Under the pieces are notes generated by a model. It saw nothing but the letters and a program-made list of their open reading frames with translations, made no database searches and had not been told where the DNA came from. Of a DNA stretch of 40,290 nucleotides, positions 24,673 to 32,712 are shown piece after piece (the stretch's first letter is position 1; every line of letters begins with the position of its first letter). The translations under genes and the position numbers were made by a program. The stretch is from Chloroflexota bacterium (GTDB taxonomy: Bacteria; Chloroflexota; UBA6077; FW602-bin22; CADDYW01). Where the stretch lies: the NCBI GenBank assembly GCA_050695695.1, contig JBOGTX010000987.1, positions 1-40,290 on the forward strand, in the 5' to 3' direction.

Positions 24673-24945
24673 TCAGGAGGACTTCTGCGCCGCGATCTGA
24701 TCCTCGATCTCTTTGAGGTGGGCTTCGAGCTTGTCGATCTCGACCACGATCCCCTCGAGCGACCCGTGATCGATCGTCCCCTCGCGATAGAGACCTAGGG
24801 CCGCCTTGCCCATTTCCTCGAGCCGGTCTTTGACCTTCCCTTTGGTCGAGCTGACTTCCATGCTGAGCTTCGCGATCGCGGCCTGCTTCTCGGCCTCGGC
24901 CGCCGCCCGGTTGACGCCCTTGCGCATGTTGTCCCAGAGACTCAT
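24673..24945 (-). CDS. Small coiled-coil protein, hypothetical
   Basis: ATG 24945 follows GGAGGA. The product MSLWDNMRKGVNRAAAEAEKQAAIAKLSMEV...LEAHLKEIEDQIAAQKSS is highly helical and charged. Confidence 0.55.
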   Translation of the reverse strand: MSLWDNMRKGVNRAAAEAEKQAAIAKLSMEVSSTKGKVKDRLEEMGKAALGLYREGTIDHGSLEGIVVEIDKLEAHLKEIEDQIAAQKSS

Positions 24946-24996
24946 CCGATGTCCTCCGCGTGAGCGACGGGGGATCTTCATTGCCGTCGTGCCAGC

Positions 24997-25025
24997 ATAG
25001 TAGTGAATTCGAGCGCGATCGTCAA
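24997..25025 (-). promoter_or_regulatory. Sigma70-like promoter on the minus strand
   Basis: TTGACG (25025..25020), a 17-nt spacer, then TACTAT (25002..24997). Confidence 0.45.
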
Positions 25026-25032
25026 CGATCAT

Positions 25033-25061
25033 TTGACAGGCCGGGAGGCCAACGCTACCAT
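25033..25061 (+). promoter_or_regulatory. Sigma70-like promoter for glcDEF
   Basis: TTGACA (25033..25038), a 17-nt spacer, then TACCAT (25056..25061). Confidence 0.45.
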
Positions 25062-25125
25062 GGGATCGTCCGAGCTTCGCGAGATCGCGCGCTCCGACAC
25101 CACTTCCTCAGGAGGCTCCGCCTCG

Positions 25126-26562
25126 ATGGACCGCTACCTGCTCGCTGAGAAGCTCAAGGCCATCGTCGGGCCGAGCAATGTCCTCTGGGAGGACTACGAT
25201 CTCCGCCTTTACGAATACGATGGCTCGATCGACAAGGCGCGACCGGGCGCGGTCGTCTTTCCGACCACCACCGCCCAGGCCGCGGAGGTCGTGCGATTTT
25301 GCGCGGCGGAGAAGCTGCCGTGCACGGCCCGAGGGGCCGGCACCGGCCTGAGTGGCGGCGCGATTCCCCTGGCTGCCGGCGTGCTGCTCATCTTTTCTCG
25401 GATGGACCAGATCCTCGAGGTGGATGTCGAGAACCTGCGCGCGGTCGTCGAGCCGGGCGTGGTCAATCTGCACCTCAGTCAGGCGATCGCCTCGACCGGC
25501 TTGCAGTACATCCCCGACCCTTCGAGTCAGAAGGCCTGTACGATCGGCGGAAACGTCGGGGAGAACTCCGGCGGCCCGCACACCTTGCTCTACGGGGTGA
25601 CGACGAACCACGTCAGCGGCCTCGAGTTCATCACGTCGGACGGCGAGGTGATCGAGCTGGGCGGAAAGGCGCTTGACCCGCCCGGTTACGATGTGACCGG
25701 CCTGATCGTCGGCTCGGAAGGAACGTTTGGCGTGGTGACCGGGGCGACGGTGCGCCTGTCGCCGATCGCCGAGGCGGTCAAGACCATGCTCGCCATTTTC
25801 GATCGGGTCGAGGATGCCAGCGCGGCGGTGTCCGGAGTCATCGCGGCCGGGATCGTTCCGTCGGCGATCGAGATGATGGATCACCTGTCGATCCAGGCGG
25901 TCGAGGCCGCGGTCCACGCGGGGTATCCGACCGACGCCGGCGCGGTGCTCCTGATCGAGATCGATAGCCTGGTCGAGGGGATCGACGAGCAGGCCGAGGC
26001 CATCGGCACGGTTTGTACCGAGAATCACGCCCGGGAGATCCGGGTCGCGAAGACCGCCAAAGAGCGCAACCTGCTCTGGCTGGGGCGAAAAGGCGCCTTC
26101 GGCGCGATGGGCCGGGTCAGCCCCGACTTCTACACGATGGACGGCTGCGTGCCCCGCGATAAGCTGCCGATCATCCTGGAGCGACTCGACGAGATCAGCC
26201 GCCGCTACGGCATTCGGATCGCCAACGTGTTTCACGCCGGCGACGGGAACCTCCACCCGCTGGTCCTCTTCGATTCGGAGGTGCCGGGCGAGGAGGAGAA
26301 GGTTCGGGAGATGGGCTACGACATCCTCTCGGCGTGCGCCGAGGTGGGGGGAGCGCTCACCGGGGAGCACGGCATCGGCTTCGAGAAGCGCGAGATGATG
26401 TGCCTGACCTTCAACGACGACGACCTGGATTGGATGCACCTGGTGAAGCAGACGATGGATCCCGCGGGGCTGTTCAACCCCGGAAAGATCTTTCCGACGC
26501 CGGGCAAGTGCTGGCACGCGCAGCCCTCGCGGGTCGGGCGCGTCGCCGTGGTGGGCTGGTAG
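25126..26562 (+). CDS. glcD: Glycolate oxidase subunit GlcD (FAD-linked oxidase)
   Basis: The sequence is ...PGAVVFPTTTAQAAEVVRFCAAEKLPCTARGAGTGLSGGAIP...GEHGIGFEKREMM.... ATG 25126 lies 10 nt after CAGGAGG. Confidence 0.85.
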   Translation: MDRYLLAEKLKAIVGPSNVLWEDYDLRLYEYDGSIDKARPGAVVFPTTTAQAAEVVRFCAAEKLPCTARGAGTGLSGGAIPLAAGVLLIFSRMDQILEVDVENLRAVVEPGVVNLHLSQAIASTGLQYIPDPSSQKACTIGGNVGENSGGPHTLLYGVTTNHVSGLEFITSDGEVIELGGKALDPPGYDVTGLIVGSEGTFGVVTGATVRLSPIAEAVKTMLAIFDRVEDASAAVSGVIAAGIVPSAIEMMDHLSIQAVEAAVHAGYPTDAGAVLLIEIDSLVEGIDEQAEAIGTVCTENHAREIRVAKTAKERNLLWLGRKGAFGAMGRVSPDFYTMDGCVPRDKLPIILERLDEISRRYGIRIANVFHAGDGNLHPLVLFDSEVPGEEEKVREMGYDILSACAEVGGALTGEHGIGFEKREMMCLTFNDDDLDWMHLVKQTMDPAGLFNPGKIFPTPGKCWHAQPSRVGRVAVVGW

Positions 26563-26568
26563 GCCGCG

Positions 26569-27939
26569 ATGGGAGAGGTGCTGGACCGAACCGGCCTGGC
26601 GGCCGGCCTGGAGACCGCGGGCGTTGCCTGGCGCGAGCTGAGTGACGAAGAACGCCACGACTACGCCGTCGACGGAGTCGCGCCCGGCGCGATCTGCTGG
26701 CCGTCCTCCGGCCAGGAAGCGGCGCGGGCGCTCGCGGTCGCGGCCCGGCTCGGCATCGCGGTCTCGCCGCGCGGCGCCGGAACGAAGGTTGGCCTGGGGA
26801 ACCCGCCGCGCGCCTGCGAGCTGATCGTGTCGACCGAACGCCTGGCCAGTCTGGTCGAGTACGCGCCGGCGAACCTGACGGTCACGGCGGAGGCGGGAAT
26901 GAGCCTCGCCCGGCTGCAGGCCACCCTGGCCGAGGGCGGCCAGTTCTTGCCGTTAGACCCGTCGCGCGCCGATCGGGCGACCCTCGGCGGCATCATCGCG
27001 GCGAACGCGAGCGGCCCCCGACGATTCGGCCTGGGCTCGGCGCGGGATCTGGTCATCGGAACGAGCGTCGCGACCACCTCGGGAACGGTCACCAGGGCGG
27101 GAGGGCGCGTCGTCAAGAACGTCGCCGGTTACGACCTCAACAAGCTCTACATCGGCTCGCTGGGAACCCTCGTCCTGGTCGGTGAGATCACCTTCAAGGT
27201 CCAGCCGAAGCCAGTCGCCCAGGCGACGGTGATCGGACGCTTCGCGAGAGCCGATCAGCTCGGATCGGCGGTCCAGGCGACCGTTCGGTCGCCGCTCTGG
27301 CCGATCGCGGTCGATCTTTTGAACGCGGAGAGCGCGAGCGCGCTGGAATCCGCCGACCTTCCCGACGCGCGGGGCGGATATCTCCTGGCGACGCTCGGCA
27401 CGGCGCCGGGGCGGGCGCTCGCGCGGCAACGCGATGACCTGCGACGGATCTACGAGGCAGCGGGAGGCTGCGACCTGGCGACGCTCGCCGATGCCGACTC
27501 CGAGCGCTTCTGGTCGAGGGTCTCTGAGCTGGACGCGGGCGCGGTGGGATCCGGGCTGTACTCGGCGAAGCTCGCGGCGCCGCTTGGACGAGTTCCCGAC
27601 CTGATTCGCGCGATCGAGGAGCGACGAGCCGCGTTCGGGGGACGTCCGGCGATCCGGGGGCGGGCGGGAAGTGGCGTCCTCTACCTTTCCTGGGACGCAC
27701 CCGACGGAGCGGCGATGAACGGCCAGTTGGCGTCGACCGTGGCCGGTCTCCGGGAGCTTCGTGAGGTCTGCCGGGCGCTTGGCGGAAGCCTGGTCGTCGA
27801 GGAATGCCCGCGCCCCGTCAAGGACCAGCTCGACGTCTGGGGCGAGGTCGGCCCGGCCCTCGCGATCATGCGGCGGCTCAAGGCCGCGTTGGACCCGCGG
27901 GCGGTGATGAATCCGGGGCGATTCGTCGGTGGGATATAG
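26569..27939 (+). CDS. glcE: Glycolate oxidase FAD-binding subunit GlcE
   Basis: The protein has a FAD_binding_4-type domain (...VSPRGAGTKVGLGNP...VKNVAGYDLNKLYIGSLGTL...). It sits between glcD and glcF. Confidence 0.8.
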   Translation: MGEVLDRTGLAAGLETAGVAWRELSDEERHDYAVDGVAPGAICWPSSGQEAARALAVAARLGIAVSPRGAGTKVGLGNPPRACELIVSTERLASLVEYAPANLTVTAEAGMSLARLQATLAEGGQFLPLDPSRADRATLGGIIAANASGPRRFGLGSARDLVIGTSVATTSGTVTRAGGRVVKNVAGYDLNKLYIGSLGTLVLVGEITFKVQPKPVAQATVIGRFARADQLGSAVQATVRSPLWPIAVDLLNAESASALESADLPDARGGYLLATLGTAPGRALARQRDDLRRIYEAAGGCDLATLADADSERFWSRVSELDAGAVGSGLYSAKLAAPLGRVPDLIRAIEERRAAFGGRPAIRGRAGSGVLYLSWDAPDGAAMNGQLASTVAGLRELREVCRALGGSLVVEECPRPVKDQLDVWGEVGPALAIMRRLKAALDPRAVMNPGRFVGGI

Positions 27940-27961
27940 GGGAGGCCACGAAGGAGACACG

Positions 27962-29278
27962 ATGGCAATAGACACCGAGTCAACCGGCTCGTCCCGGTTC
28001 AATTTCGTCGATCGAGATTTGATTCGGGCGTGCGTCCACTGCGGCATGTGCCTGTCGTCCTGCCCGACCTACAAGCTTCTCGGGTCGGAGCTCGATTCGC
28101 CGCGCGGGCGAATCTATCAAATGCGCCAGCTCCAGGACCGCGCGATTACCGTCGACGATCCCAGCTTTCAGCTGCACATCGACCGGTGCTTGAACTGTCG
28201 CGCCTGCGAGACTGCCTGCCCCTCCGGCGTTCAGTACGGCCGATTGTTGGAAGCGACCCGCGCGGTCATTCCCCCGAAGAGCGAGTCCGAGCATTTGCTG
28301 AAAGAAGCGGTGATGAACCGGGTGTTTACCAGTCCGGCCCTGCTTGACGCGCTCGGCATCGGCACGCGCTTCTATCAAAAGAGTGGGTTGCAGGCGGCCG
28401 CCCGGGCGACCGGACTGCTGGGCCGGCTACCGATGAACCTGGGAAACCTCGAGGGTCTGCTGCCGCGGATGCAGGGAGGCGTGGTCAAGGCCCGCCTACC
28501 GGAGCTGATTCCCGCCCGGGGCGCGGCGCGCTATCGCGTCGCCTTGCTGACCGGCTGCGTTCAGGAACAGTTTTTCAGCCTGACGAATGCCGCGACCGCT
28601 CGGGTGCTGGCGATCAACGGCTGCGAGGTGGTCGTGCCGCGCGGCCAGGCCTGTTGCGGCGCGCTGCACAGCCACGGTGGGCAGCGCGAGACCGCGCGCG
28701 CGCTGGCGCGACGCAACATCGCGATGTTCGAGCGGACCGGCGCCGATTACTACATCGTCAACGCGGCGGGCTGCGGGTCCACGTTGAAGGAATACCACCA
28801 TCTCCTTGCCGACGACCCGCGCTGGGTCGAGCGAGCCCACCGGTTCACCGAACACGTTCGCGACATCTCCGAGTTTCTGGCGTCGATCGAGCTGAGCCAG
28901 GAGCTTGGGGCGATCCGCCGGCGGGTTACCTACCAGGATGCCTGCCACCTGGCGCACGGCCAGAAGATCAGCACCCAGCCGCGGGAGCTGCTCCAGATGA
29001 TTCCGGGCCTCGAGCTGGTCGAGATGAACGAGGCCGACACCTGCTGCGGCAGCGCCGGGATTTACAACGTCACCCAATTCGAGCTATCGATGCGGTTGTT
29101 GGCGCGGAAGATGGACAACGTGGCGGCGACGAACGCGGACATGATCGTCGCCGGTAATCCGGGCTGTCTCATTCAGGTGGCCCACGGCGTTCAGCAGCGT
29201 GGCCTGCGGATGGAGGCGGTCCACCTGGTCGATCTGCTGGATCGATCGTACCGCGCGGGGGCCGAAGGCCTGGCGTAG
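27962..29278 (+). CDS. glcF: Glycolate oxidase iron-sulfur subunit GlcF
   Basis: It has two ferredoxin-type Cys clusters (CVHCGMCLSSCP and CLNCRACETACP) plus CCG-domain cysteines (GCV..., CCGSAG). ATG 27962 follows GAAGGAG. Confidence 0.85.
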   Translation: MAIDTESTGSSRFNFVDRDLIRACVHCGMCLSSCPTYKLLGSELDSPRGRIYQMRQLQDRAITVDDPSFQLHIDRCLNCRACETACPSGVQYGRLLEATRAVIPPKSESEHLLKEAVMNRVFTSPALLDALGIGTRFYQKSGLQAAARATGLLGRLPMNLGNLEGLLPRMQGGVVKARLPELIPARGAARYRVALLTGCVQEQFFSLTNAATARVLAINGCEVVVPRGQACCGALHSHGGQRETARALARRNIAMFERTGADYYIVNAAGCGSTLKEYHHLLADDPRWVERAHRFTEHVRDISEFLASIELSQELGAIRRRVTYQDACHLAHGQKISTQPRELLQMIPGLELVEMNEADTCCGSAGIYNVTQFELSMRLLARKMDNVAATNADMIVAGNPGCLIQVAHGVQQRGLRMEAVHLVDLLDRSYRAGAEGLA

Positions 29279-29289
29279 AAAGTACTCTT

Positions 29290-30612
29290 TCAGCCCAGCG
29301 AGCCAAGCATCTCCGCGTCGAGGCCGCCCATGGCGCAGATTTTCGCGTAGAGCTCGCCGCTTGGCTTGACCGTACGCTCGAGAGTCTCGTAATCGACGTG
29401 AATCAGGCCGAAGCGGAGGCGGCGACCCTCCGCCCATTCGAAGTTATCCAGCGCCGACCAGTGCAGGTACCCGTCGACCTCGACGCCCTCTTGAATGGCC
29501 CGGTGAATTTGCTGCAGGTGCGAGATCAGAAAGGCGGGCCGGAGCTCATCGCGCTCGTCGGCGACCCCGTTTTCGGTGATCAGAATCGGCTTCTTGAACT
29601 GGCCGAGAAACTTCAGCAGCCGGTAGATTCCTTCGGGATAGATCTCCCATCCCGCGGCGGTTTTCGGATGATCCGGATGGGCGAAGAAGCTGCCGAAGTA
29701 GTTGCGCGGGTACCGGAAATCCAGGCACACCATGTCGCGTGAGTAATAGTTCAGGCCGATGAAGTCGATCGAGTCGGCTCCGTCAGGAACCGGCCCGCGC
29801 CCAAATGGGAACTGGAAGGAGCCCTTGAGCATCGAGATGAGCACTGCCCGATTGAACACCGACTCGCCAATCCGGGCGACGAAGTGGTCGACCGGAAGCA
29901 CCGGTCGGTACGGGTCGAAGACCCGCAGGTGGTGCGCCGCGCCAACCTGGACGTCGGACCGGGGGCTACGCTCGCGAATGATTCGCGCCGCCCGGGCGTG
30001 GCCCAGGATCAGGTTGTGGAGCACCTGGGTCAAGAGCCGCAGGCTGTGTTTGCCAGGCGGCCACGATCCCTCCACGTATCCCTTCGTGGTGTAGACCACT
30101 GGCTCGTTGATCGTGACCCAGTAGCGAACCAGATCCCCAAACGCGTCGACCGCCCGGGCGACGTACCGTCCAAAGGCGTCGACCGCCTCGCTGCTTTCCC
30201 AGCCCCCCCTGGCGCTCAGCCAGCGCGGGTTGGTGAAGTGGTGAAGGGTCACGATTGGCTCAACGTTCAGTCGGCGCAGCCATTCCAGCACGTCGCGGTA
30301 ATGGCGAATCGCCTCGGGGTCGAAGGAGCCGGGCGTCGGCTCGATCCGCGACCACTCGAGGGAGAGCCGATGCGCGTTCTGGTGCAACGCCGCCAGCAGG
30401 TCGAAGTCCTCCCGGAATCGGTGGTAGTGATCGCAGGTGAGCTCCGACCGCGAACCGTCGAGGATGTGACCGGTCTGCTGCTCCCAGGTCCACCAGTCGC
30501 AGTTCGTGTTGTTTCCCTCGACCTGATGGGAGGCGGTCGCCGTGCCCCAGAGGAAATGGCGCGGAAAAGCGAGCGTTGGACGTTCGGCCATGGTGGTCTC
30601 GATCGCGGTCAT
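29290..30612 (-). CDS. GH1 beta-glucosidase
   Basis: It contains FLWGTATASHQVEG, the acid/base motif TINEP and the nucleophile motif ITENG. Confidence 0.9.
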   Translation of the reverse strand: MTAIETTMAERPTLAFPRHFLWGTATASHQVEGNNTNCDWWTWEQQTGHILDGSRSELTCDHYHRFREDFDLLAALHQNAHRLSLEWSRIEPTPGSFDPEAIRHYRDVLEWLRRLNVEPIVTLHHFTNPRWLSARGGWESSEAVDAFGRYVARAVDAFGDLVRYWVTINEPVVYTTKGYVEGSWPPGKHSLRLLTQVLHNLILGHARAARIIRERSPRSDVQVGAAHHLRVFDPYRPVLPVDHFVARIGESVFNRAVLISMLKGSFQFPFGRGPVPDGADSIDFIGLNYYSRDMVCLDFRYPRNYFGSFFAHPDHPKTAAGWEIYPEGIYRLLKFLGQFKKPILITENGVADERDELRPAFLISHLQQIHRAIQEGVEVDGYLHWSALDNFEWAEGRRLRFGLIHVDYETLERTVKPSGELYAKICAMGGLDAEMLGSLG

Positions 30613-31319
30613 AATTGAAGCGCTGGCATGGGCTTCCGAAAGTTGATCGTATAGGCGATGGCGTCTCCGAAGGACTCCAGTCGCTCGAATCCAGCCTGCT
30701 CACCTCGCGACTCGACAGTTTTGCGGAGGGCGCAGGCGGGGTCGCTGATGATCTCACTGACCGAGAGCCGGGCGGCGGGTCGGAGAACCCGCCAGACGTC
30801 GGCGAGCGCGCCACGCGGGTCGGCCACTCGACCGAGCGATGAGTCCAGGCAGGCGGCGTCGAAGCTCTGGTCCTCGAAGGGCAGGCGCTGGCCGGTGCCC
30901 GGCATGACGCTCGCGTTTTCCAGGCCGGCCGTCGCCAGGTGAGCGCGGGCGCGTCGCAGTCCATCCGAGTCGAGCGCGATCGCTTCGACCCGACCACCCT
31001 GACCAACCGTCCGCGAGAGCGCTTCGGTCAAGGGACCATTGCCCGGCCCGAGGTGCAGCACGCGCATACCCGTTCGCAGGCCGATCCGCCGCGCGACGAC
31101 CGTGGGACTCAGAAAACGCCGGCGGATTGGCGCGTCGAGCGACAGCGCCAACTGGGAAAGGAGCCTCGTCGGGATGACGCGGTAGAGAAGGCGGACGATC
31201 ACTTGAACGACGAAGACGATCACGAGCGTGCCGATGGCCAGGCGGCCAAGCGTGCCCGCGGCCAGGCGGACTGTCCGTCCGCGACGGTTGGGAAAGAAGC
31301 CCAGGCTCGACGGTGTCAA
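30609..31319 (-). CDS. Membrane-anchored class I SAM-dependent methyltransferase
   Basis: An N-terminal TM helix is followed by VLHLGPGNGPLTEALS...RVLRPAARLSV. The start is TTG after GAGGG. It has an ATGA overlap with the GH1 gene. Confidence 0.75.
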   Translation of the reverse strand: MTPSSLGFFPNRRGRTVRLAAGTLGRLAIGTLVIVFVVQVIVRLLYRVIPTRLLSQLALSLDAPIRRRFLSPTVVARRIGLRTGMRVLHLGPGNGPLTEALSRTVGQGGRVEAIALDSDGLRRARAHLATAGLENASVMPGTGQRLPFEDQSFDAACLDSSLGRVADPRGALADVWRVLRPAARLSVSEIISDPACALRKTVESRGEQAGFERLESFGDAIAYTINFRKPMPALQL

Positions 31320-31355
31320 CGGCCTACCCTCAAAGAAGCTGGCGACTTACCTATA

Positions 31356-31383
31356 ATTCTAACTCCCACGACCATTCTGTCAA
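31356..31383 (-). promoter_or_regulatory. Near-consensus sigma70-like promoter for the methyltransferase-GH1 operon
   Basis: Minus strand: TTGACA (31383..31378), a 16-nt spacer, then TAGAAT (31361..31356). Confidence 0.5.
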
Positions 31384-31449
31384 CAAACCGGGGGTCCTAT
31401 GGACAAACGGGGAATTTCTCCTACTGCTTCGTCACGCGCGGTCTGATGA

Positions 31450-31486
31450 GCGGTCATTCCCCGCTAGCCTCGCTCGGAATGACCGC
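31450..31486. repeat. 11-bp perfect inverted repeat, a REP-like hairpin
   Basis: GCGGTCATTCC (31450..31460) pairs with GGAATGACCGC (31476..31486) across a 15-nt loop. Confidence 0.7.
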
Positions 31487-31616
31487 ATTTGATCAATGGC
31501 CGCGCAACAGCGTCAGACGTTCTGGTGGCGACGGACGCGATTGCCGCCCTGCCGAGTTTCACCGAGTACTCAGGTACAGAGCGCCTACTGCCCCGTCGAT
31601 CGACAGTTTTACCCGA

Positions 31617-32474
31617 CTAACGCGCCACGACCGACAGAGGAATTGCCGTCCGTCCGGCGAGTGCCTCGTTCAGACTGCCCGATCGAAATCCTTGAAGATC
31701 AAGGGTGACGTACTGGAATCCCAGTCCCTTGAGCTGGCGCACCACGTCCTCGGCGACGCCCTCCTCGAGGAAACGAGGCATATCGGCGCGCGGCACCTCG
31801 ATTCGGGCGATCGCCTCGTGGTGTCGGACGCGGACGTTCCGCAGGCCCAATTGGCGCAGGATAAGCTCGGCCTTGCCGATCTGGGCCAGCTTCTCGACGG
31901 TCACGCGCTGACCGTAGGGGATTCGGGAGGACAGGCAGGGCGCGGCGGGCTTGTCCCAGATCGGTAGCCCGCGCTCCTTCGAGAAGTAGCGAATCTCGGC
32001 CTTGTTCAGCCCGGCTTCTTGCAGGGGACTGCGCACTCCGCGCTCGTGGCCGGCCTGCATGCCTGGCCGGTGGTCGCCGCGGTCGTCCGCGTTGGATCCG
32101 TCGGCAATCCAGGCCAGACCGCGCTCGCCTGCCACGACCGCGAGGTGGCTGAAGAGCTCGGACTTGCAAAAGTAGCAGCGGTTTGTCGGATTGCTCGCGT
32201 AGCTCTCGTTCTGGAGCTCGTTGGTTTTGAGCTCGAGGTGAGGGGCGCCGATCTGTCGCGCCACGTCCGCGGCGTCATGTCGCTCGTAGGCCGCCAGACT
32301 CTCCGAAACGCCGGTGACGCCGAGCACCCGCGACGGGCCAAGCGTCTCGGTCGCGACGGCCAGGAGAAACGCACTGTCGACCCCGCCGGAATACGCGATC
32401 AGGACGCTTTCCATCTCCCGGAGAGTCGTCTTCAGCGCGTCCAGCTTCGCCTGGGCCTCGGTCAAATCGGACAT
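31617..32474 (-). CDS. larE: LarE-family ATP-dependent sulfur transferase (PP-loop, COG1606)
   Basis: The PP-loop is SGGVDS, and the sequence also has NRCYFCKSELF and PCLSSRIPYG. The start is ATG 32474. Confidence 0.8.
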   Translation of the reverse strand: MSDLTEAQAKLDALKTTLREMESVLIAYSGGVDSAFLLAVATETLGPSRVLGVTGVSESLAAYERHDAADVARQIGAPHLELKTNELQNESYASNPTNRCYFCKSELFSHLAVVAGERGLAWIADGSNADDRGDHRPGMQAGHERGVRSPLQEAGLNKAEIRYFSKERGLPIWDKPAAPCLSSRIPYGQRVTVEKLAQIGKAELILRQLGLRNVRVRHHEAIARIEVPRADMPRFLEEGVAEDVVRQLKGLGFQYVTLDLQGFRSGSLNEALAGRTAIPLSVVAR

Positions 32475-32521
32475 TTCGGGTGCCCCCGGTCGAGGATGTA
32501 GGGGAGGAAGCTCCAAGATTG

Positions 32522-32550
32522 ATTATTGCACTTTAGAGCGACCGACGCAA
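32522..32550 (-). promoter_or_regulatory. Sigma70-like promoter with extended -10 for larE
   Basis: Minus strand: TTGCGT (32550..32545), a 17-nt spacer ending in TGc, then AATAAT (32527..32522). Confidence 0.4.
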
Positions 32551-32606
32551 CCAACAACCCAACAACTCGGGACGGCCGCAGCTTCGCGGCGGGTCGGGAG
32601 ATACCT

Positions 32607-32687
32607 CTACTTCACCGGGGAGCTATTTGGGAGCGCTGCCCAGAAGATCACCATCAGAATGAAGGCGGCGAGCGCGAAGATCAGCAT
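32607..32687 (-). CDS. 26-aa hydrophobic micro-protein, below the ORF-track size cutoff
   Basis: AGAGGGG lies 8 nt upstream of ATG 32687. The product is MLIFALAAFILMVIFWAALPNSSPVK, followed by TAG at 32609..32607. About 21 of 25 third positions are G/C. It starts 25 nt after the amt stop. Confidence 0.5.
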   Translation of the reverse strand: MLIFALAAFILMVIFWAALPNSSPVK

Positions 32688-32712
32688 CGGGCAATCCCCT
32701 CTTTCAAAAGCT

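Noticed and set aside
25108-28047. Minus-strand ORFs 25108..26658 and 26953..28047 lie opposite glcD and glcE.
   Set aside because: They are antisense shadows of clear FAD-oxidase genes.
31443-31490. CTGATGAG immediately precedes the 11-bp hairpin, which resembles a hammerhead ribozyme core.
   Set aside because: The stem is not followed by the required GAAA core element, and no matching cleavage-site or stem I/III arrangement is visible. It is probably a coincidence.
30939-31967. A 342-aa plus-strand ORF crosses the methyltransferase start, the intergenic gap and the larE 3' end.
   Set aside because: It is antisense to two supported genes and spans a clearly non-coding, promoter-containing gap.
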